DNA of 61,119 bases, taken from positions 5,637 through 66,755 of the forward strand of contig CAZMXY010000001.1 in NCBI GenBank assembly GCA_964570345.1, in the 5' to 3' direction. Shown here one piece after another: positions 54,830 through 61,119 of this stretch. The stretch comes from an uncultured Rhodothermales bacterium (GTDB taxonomy: Bacteria; Bacteroidota; Rhodothermia; Rhodothermales; VXPQ01). The position numbers and the translations under genes are program-made. Numbering within the stretch: the first letter of the stretch is position 1; each line of letters starts with the position of its first letter. The notes under the pieces are model-generated. The model made no database searches. It was not told the origin of the DNA and worked only from the letters and a program-made list of their open reading frames with translations.

Positions 54830-55846
54830 TCACTCGTAATCGTGCTCGAAATATTCTATGCCGCGCGACGGCGCGCCGGGGCCTTTGGAGCGGATCCGTT
54901 CTGCCAGACGCTTGGCGAACACTTCGGCCGGATCGTAGCCGTAGTGGCGCAGGAGATGGTTCATCCCGATGACCTCGCAAATCACCGTTATGTTTTTACC
55001 GGGCGTAATGGGGACTTTTACCATCGGCAGCTCCACGTCGAGTAGCGAGAATGCGTCATCGACCATGCCGAGCCGAGTGTACTCCTCGTCCTTGTCCCAG
55101 AGCTGCATGCTCACGACCACTTCAACGCGTTTCTGAAAGCGAATCGCGCGAATGCCGAACATGGCCCGGATGTCCACGAGTCCGAGTCCGCGCACTTCCA
55201 TGAAGTGTTGCACGAGGTCGGTTCCGGATCCCATCAGCAACTGTTCTTCCTTTTTCGTCACGATCACTACGTCGTCGGCCACGAGCCGGTGGCCTCGCTC
55301 GACGAGATCCAGGGCCACTTCGCTCTTCCCAATTCCGGATTTACCCACGAGAAGGAGTCCGATCCCATAGACGTCGACGAGGGAACCATGGATCGTCTGC
55401 TGCAGCGCGAATTGATCGCTTAGAAAATCCCGCAACACGGCCATGAAATGGGTCGAGGGCAGCGGCGTACAGTAGACCGGCACGCCTTTGTCCGTGGCCA
55501 TCTCTACGAGTTCGCGATTGAGCTCATTGTTTTCGGTGAGCACGATGCAGGGAATGGGAAAACCCGTCAGCGTACGAAACGCCTCGCTGCGTTTCGGCGG
55601 TGTCAGATTTCGCAGAAACCGAGTCTCCGTGTTGCCGAGAATCTGTACACGTTGGAACGTGAAGAGCTCCGTGTATCCCGCCAGCACTAGGCCGGGCCGA
55701 TGCAGGTTACTTTCCGTGACCAGTCGGTCTCCACCCGCCACGTCATTGACCGACTCCACCTCGACGCCGACCGTGGTTCGCAGCTGCTCGATCATGAAGT
55801 CGACCGTAATCGACTCCTTTTTAAAGACTTTGGCTTGGTACGACAT
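54830..55846 (-). CDS. hprK: HPr kinase/phosphorylase
   Basis: The product from the ATG at 55846 (MSYQAKVFKK...) contains HGSLVDVYGIGLLLVGKSGIGKSEVALDLVERGHRLVADDVV (Walker A) and the MEVRGLGLVDI signature. The track start at 55915 is an extension. Confidence 0.9.
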   Translation of the reverse strand: MSYQAKVFKKESITVDFMIEQLRTTVGVEVESVNDVAGGDRLVTESNLHRPGLVLAGYTELFTFQRVQILGNTETRFLRNLTPPKRSEAFRTLTGFPIPCIVLTENNELNRELVEMATDKGVPVYCTPLPSTHFMAVLRDFLSDQFALQQTIHGSLVDVYGIGLLLVGKSGIGKSEVALDLVERGHRLVADDVVIVTKKEEQLLMGSGTDLVQHFMEVRGLGLVDIRAMFGIRAIRFQKRVEVVVSMQLWDKDEEYTRLGMVDDAFSLLDVELPMVKVPITPGKNITVICEVIGMNHLLRHYGYDPAEVFAKRLAERIRSKGPGAPSRGIEYFEHDYE

Positions 55847-55918
55847 GTGCGGCTGGGATTTCAGTGTGTAAGGTTCCCGGGATCGAGACTGAATGCGCGA
55901 AGCGCGATCCCGCACGTC

Positions 55919-56911
55919 TCAAGGGACTTCCACGGTTTCGAGAATCCGCTGCACGAGGTCCTCGCTCGCGACTTCCTCGGCTTCGGCCTCGTAAGACACG
56001 GCGATGCGATGCCGCATGACGTCCATCGCGATCGAACGAACGTCTTCCGGCGTGACGTAAGCCCGGTGATTCAGAAACGCGTGCGCGCGCGCGGCAAGAT
56101 TCAGGTTGATGCTCGCCCGCGGGGACGCCCCGAAATCGATGAGCGGCTCGATGCCCGTGAGACGATACTTCGCCGGCTCGCGTGAGGCCATGACGACGTC
56201 GACGATGTATCGCTCCACGCGCTCATCCATATACATGTCATTGAGCACGGCTCGAGCGGTAAGAATTTGCTGCGGCTGAACGACGGTCCGAATCTCGTCC
56301 TTCTTACCGGTTCGCGCCATACGTCGCATGATTTCGAGCTCTTCCTCTTTCGAGGGATAGCTGACCTTGATCTTGAGCATAAATCGGTCGACCTGCGCTT
56401 CGGGAAGGGGATACGTGCCTTCCTGCTCGATCGGATTCTGCGTCGCGAGCACGAGAAAAGGCTCATCCAGCAGATAGGTCGTTTCCCCGATGGTTACCTG
56501 GCGCTCCTGCATGCTTTCGAGCAACGCGCTCTGCACTTTGGCCGGCGATCGATTAACCTCGTCTGCCAGGATGACGTTCGCGAAGATGGGCCCCTTTTTG
56601 ATGGAGAACGAGGCTTCCTTCTGATTGTAAACGAGGGTGCCGAGCAGGTCGGCCGGCAGGAGATCCGGCGTGAATTGGATGCGCTGAAAGCGCGTGCCGA
56701 TGGCGCGAGCGAGCGAGCTGACCGTGAGGGTTTTGGCGAGGCCGGGGACGCCTTCGAGCAGAACGTGTCCGTCACCGAGCAGCCCGATGAGGAGGCGTTC
56801 GATCATATACCGCTGCCCGACGACGACACGTCCGATTTCCGTGACGAGCAGATCGATGAAAGCACTCTCCTGCGAGATCCGCTCGTTTACCCGTGCTAGA
56901 TCGAATGACAT
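55919..56911 (-). CDS. MoxR-family AAA+ ATPase (AAA_3)
   Basis: 330 aa. Sequence includes LLGDGHVLLEGVPGLAKT (Walker A), ILADEVNR (Walker B), ATQNPIEQEGTYPLPEAQVDRF and ...GASPRASI. Confidence 0.92.
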   Translation of the reverse strand: MSFDLARVNERISQESAFIDLLVTEIGRVVVGQRYMIERLLIGLLGDGHVLLEGVPGLAKTLTVSSLARAIGTRFQRIQFTPDLLPADLLGTLVYNQKEASFSIKKGPIFANVILADEVNRSPAKVQSALLESMQERQVTIGETTYLLDEPFLVLATQNPIEQEGTYPLPEAQVDRFMLKIKVSYPSKEEELEIMRRMARTGKKDEIRTVVQPQQILTARAVLNDMYMDERVERYIVDVVMASREPAKYRLTGIEPLIDFGASPRASINLNLAARAHAFLNHRAYVTPEDVRSIAMDVMRHRIAVSYEAEAEEVASEDLVQRILETVEVP

Positions 56912-56983
56912 TATCTGGAGATTTCGACGTTCAGGTTCAGGTTGGGATCGGTCACAGTCCGAAGAAGGTGACGCGCGAAGGGG

Positions 56984-58219
56984 TCAGAGGAGCAGGACTT
57001 CGGCCTGAGCGTCGAACCGTTCCTCGAGCGCGACCTGGATGCGGTCCAGGCAGCGAGGAATGATGAATGGTTGTCCGACCACGAGCACGCAGCCGCCGCG
57101 TCCGGTTACTCCGGCACCATACATGCCCTCGATGCTCATGGTCTCGGTCTCGTGAACGGCTGCATCGACGAGATCGTTCGTCGTGCCCCAGTCTTTCTGA
57201 TGGGACGAATGCGACATGAGAAGCAAAGCTCCGAACATCTGCCAGTCCCTACGTCGTACCGCCGCGACCAGTTTCTGGACCCGACGGTTCTCGGTGACGA
57301 GGTGCCGCACGAGGGCCTTGTATTTCCGCGGCAACACGTTTAGCGCGACTTTGAGGTCCTTGTGTTCGAGATCCCGCAGGGAAACGAGCGTTGGAAACCC
57401 CTTTCGTCGCAGGAGGATTGCCGCGTCTTCGGCCCGCTCGCGCATTTTCACGTGAAAAGCGACGTCATGCAGCCCGCCCACACCGAGGTCGACCAGTCCC
57501 CAACCGAGGCCTTCTCGAGACGGGGCCTCGACGGTGAGACGTTCCAGCGTGCGCGTATCTACCAGTGCGAAATCGGCAGGCTGACCCTCGTCGGCGACGA
57601 TGAGATATGCTATGCTGAACGGGTAGCCCGTACACGACTCGATCACCTCACGCACGAGCGATCGAACCTCGGGGCGGCCGTGGGGAAGCGCGAACAGCGA
57701 TTGCACGACGCGAGCGATCGCGATGCCGAGCGCGGCCAGATAGGCATCGAAACATGATGATGGGATCGTACTGACGACGGCGACCTCTACGCTCACCTCC
57801 TGCGGCATGAGTCGCCGAAGCGCTTCCTCCGCGAGTCGGACCCACGTCGGATCGTTCGTGTCGGACGAGCCGCCGACGTCGAACGTCCACTCTTCGTCGC
57901 CTCCTTCGAATACGAGCCGGCTCGGCCCACCGGGGATGATCCGGGCCGCGACGGCCGTGCCGAGAGGCAGCGACATGAGCATTGCGAAGCCGTCGAAGTA
58001 ATGGGTGTGCTCGCCCACGAGGCCGGTGGCACCGTGTGCAAATGCCGACTCAGCCGCCTCCGGTCGCGTTTGAAATCGCTCGTCGAGGAGTGCGCGGCTT
58101 CGCTTCGTAAGTTGATCCGGCCGGGCGATCGTGCGCTCCTGCAACCGGTCCAGCGCATCGAGATACGGCGTCACGTAGGGCGGAGCGCCCGTACGTTCTC
58201 GAATCAAGTCTGAAGCCAT
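56984..58219 (-). CDS. galactokinase-like GHMP-superfamily protein with degenerate catalytic motifs
   Basis: 411 aa. GLVGEHTHYFDGFAML parallels the galactokinase signature GRVNLIGEHTDYNGGFVLP. RHLVTENRRVQ and GAGVTGRGGCVLVV parallel GHMP motif III. The phosphate-binding motif II (PxGSGLSSSA) is replaced by IPSSCFDAYLAAL. Confidence 0.7.
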   Translation of the reverse strand: MASDLIRERTGAPPYVTPYLDALDRLQERTIARPDQLTKRSRALLDERFQTRPEAAESAFAHGATGLVGEHTHYFDGFAMLMSLPLGTAVAARIIPGGPSRLVFEGGDEEWTFDVGGSSDTNDPTWVRLAEEALRRLMPQEVSVEVAVVSTIPSSCFDAYLAALGIAIARVVQSLFALPHGRPEVRSLVREVIESCTGYPFSIAYLIVADEGQPADFALVDTRTLERLTVEAPSREGLGWGLVDLGVGGLHDVAFHVKMRERAEDAAILLRRKGFPTLVSLRDLEHKDLKVALNVLPRKYKALVRHLVTENRRVQKLVAAVRRRDWQMFGALLLMSHSSHQKDWGTTNDLVDAAVHETETMSIEGMYGAGVTGRGGCVLVVGQPFIIPRCLDRIQVALEERFDAQAEVLLL

Positions 58220-58449
58220 GGGGATCTCACAGCCGTAATGCGGCGGATCGGCGCAGCGACGTTCGCGAGGGAGCGACGGAAGGATGTTAGTCTAACCGCC
58301 CGAATCGTAGAATGCAACGTGGGCGGGCCGATCTGCCCGTTCGGCTTTCACTTTAAACGTCAGAATTCTTAGTCTACGCCACGGCCGGCACGTCGTTCAG
58401 GTGCCTTTCGCTCCGGCTTGACGTTTCGCATCCAGATTTCCGAATTCGT

Positions 58450-60753
58450 ATGTCAGCATGGTCTCGAGCGGCCACGTGGATTCTGGACCATCCCCGTCCT
58501 ATCTGTGCCGCGGTCATTTCGTGTACGCTCGTCTTCGGTTATCTGATGGCCGGGTTGGAGACGGATCATGCGGCGGCCAATTTTGCCGGTGTGGAGGAGG
58601 CGTTTCACGAAGAATTTCGTGAAGCCGGCCGTGTATTCGGCCGCAGCGAAACGGTGCTGTACGTCGTTTTTCACGAGACCGATCCGATCACCGCGGACTT
58701 CTTGCGGATTCTTGATTCGCTTACCACCGCTTTTCAGAAGAAGCGGGGAGTAGAAAGTGTACTCAGCCTGACGAACGTCCCCTACATCGAACGAGAAGGC
58801 AGCGATCTCAGGTCTGAACCCGCCTTCGATCCGGCGCTCGAGGCGGATGACCTTTCGCGGCGTTATCTCGGTCAACCCTTTCTCCGGGGCCTGTTGATCT
58901 CGGAGGATAGTACCGCTACCGTGATGATGATCAGGATCGAGCCGGCGTTCAACAATCGTCCGGAGCGAATCGGGCTCGTGGACGAGATCCGGTCGGCCGC
59001 CGAGAGCATGCCGGGCAAGGCCGCGCTGGCAGGATTCCCTTATCTCCGATCACAGTACGCGAACCGCGTCTCGCGCGAGGCACCGCTGTTCACGATTCTC
59101 GCCCTCCTCGTTTCCCTTTCGTTCCTCTATCTGACGTTTCGAGCCTGGCGGATCGTCGTCCTCCCTACGGTGATCGTCGTGCTGGGGATTGTATGGACGT
59201 TCGGCTTGATGGCCGTTTTCGACCAGAAGTTAAATATCGTGACCGCGGTGCTGCCGGCGTTGATCGTCATCATTGGAATGGCGAATGCCATCCACCTCAC
59301 GACGAAATTTTTCGACCAGTATCTCATCCTCCGCAGCCGCCGGGAAGCGATGATCGTGACGTTGCGAACGGTAGGCTCGGCCACGTTCCTGACGAGCTTA
59401 ACGACGGCCGTGGGATTCGCCGTCCTCCTGCTCTCCGGTAGCCCTCTTCTCGAGGGTTTCGGCGGATTCGCCGCCATCGGAATCATGATTTTGTACGGCC
59501 TGTCGATCACCCTCATTCCGTTGGCCTACGTACATGCCCGGCCGCCCCGCTCGGACGTCACGTCGCCCGCCACGCACGACCGGTTTTCGGACTTCTTCGA
59601 CGCCAAGGCGCGACTGACGCGCCGATACAGTCGGGAAATACTGCTCGCCACCGCCTTCATGGTGGTTCTCGGCATCGTCGGAGTGACGAGGATTTCGACC
59701 GACATCTTCGTCTTTTCCGATTTTTATCCGGAGGATCCGCTGCGACGGGATCTCGCTGTCTTCGAGGAGAAGTTCGGCGGCGTATTGCCGATGGAGGTCG
59801 TCATCGAATCGGATCGACCCGGCCGGTTCAAGACCTTGGGCGCAATGCGCGACATCGACCGCCTGGAACGGCAGCTGAGTTCGTTTGAGTCGGTGGGAAT
59901 GACGTTCTCGGCGGTCGATCTTGTGAAATTGGGTAATCAGGCGTATTTCGGAGGCAATCCGGCGACGTATCGTCTACCGTCGAGCTACGAACTACCTTTT
60001 CTACAAACGGCGCTCGATCGATTTCTCGACGGTGAGACACAGAGCGACCTCATCGGCAACCTGCCGCTGTTCGTCGATTCGACGTTTAGCCGGGCACGTA
60101 TTTATCTGGGCGTATCCGACATCGGAACGGAGCAAATGAACCTGCTTGCCGATTCCGTAAGTGCGCTCGCCCACCAATCCTTTGGAGGCGACGAATACGA
60201 CGTGGTCGTCACGGGCACCGCGATCCTTTCGACGCGATCGGGCGAAAGCCTCGTGCGCAACCTGATCATTTCGCTGTCGGTGGCGCTCGTGGTCATCTCC
60301 CTCCTCATGGCTTTTCTCTTCCGATCGCCGGCGCTGACGTTCATCAGTCTCGCCCCGAACGTAATCCCGCTATTGATTGTGGGCGGCGCCATGGGATTTG
60401 CCGGCATCACGTTGAAGCCGTCGACGGCGCTGATCTTTTCTCTCGCCTTCGGCATCGCGGTTGACGACACGATTCATTTTTTGGCGAAATATCGCATTCA
60501 CCGGGAGGAGGGCATGGAGCGCGACCTCGCCGTCCGCAAGACGCTCGGCGAAACCGGCAAGGCGATCCTATTCACGTCTCTGGTGCTGATGGGAGGCTTT
60601 CTCGTCTTCACCCTCTCGAGTTTCGGCGGCACGGTGAACATGGGCGCACTTACGGCCTTGACCCTGGGGGTCGCCCTCTTGGCGAATCTGTTCTTGCTAC
60701 CGGCGCTGCTCTATCGCTTCGGACCGGTCAGGTATAGGGCGAGGAGCGATTAG
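58450..60753 (+). CDS. RND-superfamily / MMPL-type exporter (HpnN-like, 12 TM with two large periplasmic loops)
   Basis: 767 aa. The layout is one TM helix, a roughly 170-aa loop, 5 TM helices, then the same pattern repeated. RND-type motifs are GMANAIHL and GIAVDDTIHF. The stop region overlaps the convergent fmt stop. Confidence 0.85.
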   Translation: MSAWSRAATWILDHPRPICAAVISCTLVFGYLMAGLETDHAAANFAGVEEAFHEEFREAGRVFGRSETVLYVVFHETDPITADFLRILDSLTTAFQKKRGVESVLSLTNVPYIEREGSDLRSEPAFDPALEADDLSRRYLGQPFLRGLLISEDSTATVMMIRIEPAFNNRPERIGLVDEIRSAAESMPGKAALAGFPYLRSQYANRVSREAPLFTILALLVSLSFLYLTFRAWRIVVLPTVIVVLGIVWTFGLMAVFDQKLNIVTAVLPALIVIIGMANAIHLTTKFFDQYLILRSRREAMIVTLRTVGSATFLTSLTTAVGFAVLLLSGSPLLEGFGGFAAIGIMILYGLSITLIPLAYVHARPPRSDVTSPATHDRFSDFFDAKARLTRRYSREILLATAFMVVLGIVGVTRISTDIFVFSDFYPEDPLRRDLAVFEEKFGGVLPMEVVIESDRPGRFKTLGAMRDIDRLERQLSSFESVGMTFSAVDLVKLGNQAYFGGNPATYRLPSSYELPFLQTALDRFLDGETQSDLIGNLPLFVDSTFSRARIYLGVSDIGTEQMNLLADSVSALAHQSFGGDEYDVVVTGTAILSTRSGESLVRNLIISLSVALVVISLLMAFLFRSPALTFISLAPNVIPLLIVGGAMGFAGITLKPSTALIFSLAFGIAVDDTIHFLAKYRIHREEGMERDLAVRKTLGETGKAILFTSLVLMGGFLVFTLSSFGGTVNMGALTALTLGVALLANLFLLPALLYRFGPVRYRARSD

Positions 60754-61119
60754 CCGAGTACGTCGCCCGGCTCGAGCGCATACCCTCTCAAGAACTCCCG
60801 GGCGCTCATGCGGCGTTTACCCTCTTGCTGGATCTCCACGATCTCGACGGACCCCGGATCGCACGCAACGACGAGGCGCACGTCGGATTCCATGACGGTG
60901 CCGGCCGGGACGTGATGATCGACGTGGATCTCGTCGTCGAGGGCCGTTCGGTAGACTTTGATCTGAGTGTCCCCGTGGAGCGTCCAGGCTCCGGGATGTG
61001 GTGAGAGGCCGCGAACCTGGTCGTGAACTTCGGGAGCGGGGACGTGCCAGCGAATCCTGCAATCGTCGCGATGAATTTTGGGAGCCGGCGTTGCGTGGGC
61101 GTCGTCTTGTTCACGGGCC
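60750..61119 (-). CDS. fmt: methionyl-tRNA formyltransferase, C-terminal part (the 5' end lies beyond the window end)
   Basis: Not in the track because it is open at the window edge. My translation of the minus strand from 61118 gives ...APKIHRDDCRIRWHVPAPEVHDQVRGLSPHPGAWTLHGDTQIKVYRT...GTVMESDVRLVVACDPGSVEIVEIQQEGKRRMSAREFLRGYALEPGDVLG*. This matches the Fmt C-terminal domain. The track ORFs 60806..61114 and 60817..61062 are off-frame. Confidence 0.85.
   Translation of the reverse strand, partial: AREQDDAHATPAPKIHRDDCRIRWHVPAPEVHDQVRGLSPHPGAWTLHGDTQIKVYRTALDDEIHVDHHVPAGTVMESDVRLVVACDPGSVEIVEIQQEGKRRMSAREFLRGYALEPGDVLG

Noticed and set aside
58287-58376. 8-mer TTAGTCTA occurring twice (58287..58294 and 58369..58376) in the divergent GHMP-like / RND exporter intergenic region
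   Set aside because: A single 8-mer recurrence within about 230 bp is not clearly beyond chance. There is no palindromic symmetry or extended similarity around the copies.
1-61119. Search by eye for CRISPR arrays, tRNA/rRNA/tmRNA/RNase P genes, transposases, integrases, phage genes, restriction-modification systems or known defence systems
   Set aside because: No regularly spaced repeats and no T-loop GGTTCGAATCC-type tRNA signature in the intergenic regions. No ORF carries recombinase/transposase or classic defence-protein motifs apart from the solo HEPN gene. A manual scan cannot exclude small or degenerate elements; tRNAscan-SE, Infernal and defence-finder-type tools would be decisive.

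Overview
This is a 61.1-kb, visibly high-GC bacterial chromosomal window. It is densely packed, with about 50 protein-coding genes. By eye I found no rRNA, tRNA, CRISPR array, transposase, integrase or prophage signature.

The left 12.8 kb is one co-oriented minus-strand respiratory supercluster. It reads actA-actB-actC-actD-actE-actF (Alternative Complex III), then an unknown membrane protein, SCO1/SenC, and caa3-type cytochrome c oxidase subunits II and I. Subunit I runs off the window start and is missing from the supplied ORF track.

The rest is mostly housekeeping:
- Transport and glycan genes: a MATE efflux pump, a GT2 glycosyltransferase fusion, a polyprenyl glycosylphosphotransferase (PGPT), an ABC-F ATPase, a CNNM/TlyC protein and an RND/MMPL exporter.
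- Core metabolism: accA, a thioesterase, nadC, a ROK kinase, thymidine phosphorylase, a crotonase, moaC, an amidohydrolase, an E2-E1 fused 2-oxoglutarate dehydrogenase (Kgd/OdhA type) and an SDR epimerase.
- Translation, repair and nucleotide hygiene: uvrB, L31, dtd, rdgB, S21, rlmD and fmt (partial, at the right edge, also absent from the track).
- Envelope and signalling: a USP, PspA, FloA, a cNMP-binding protein, BamA, DUF2795, an M23 peptidase, hprK, MoxR and a degenerate galactokinase-like protein.

The gene content (ACIII next to caa3, FloA, full-length HprK) suggests an FCB-group bacterium, Rhodothermota/Bacteroidota-like. This is inference only.

Many track ORFs are longest-ORF extensions or antisense shadow ORFs typical of high-GC DNA. 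I trimmed starts where a family-typical N-terminus or a translational-coupling overlap was visible.

I did not find a convincing new defence island or mobile element. The observations most worth a second look are:
- a translationally coupled PspA + truncated PspA-tail paralogue + 2-TM coiled-coil module;
- an uncharacterised membrane protein embedded between ACIII and the oxidase genes;
- a GT2 fused to a catalytically gutted PGPT domain;
- a HAD-deaminase fusion;
- an orphan HEPN gene preceded by a 17-bp tandem repeat;
- FloA without NfeD but with an unknown downstream partner;
- an orphan MoxR next to a pseudo-galactokinase and HprK;
- an odd BamA N-terminus;
- a hairpin and direct-repeat cluster;
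- a 389-bp unexplained intergenic region.
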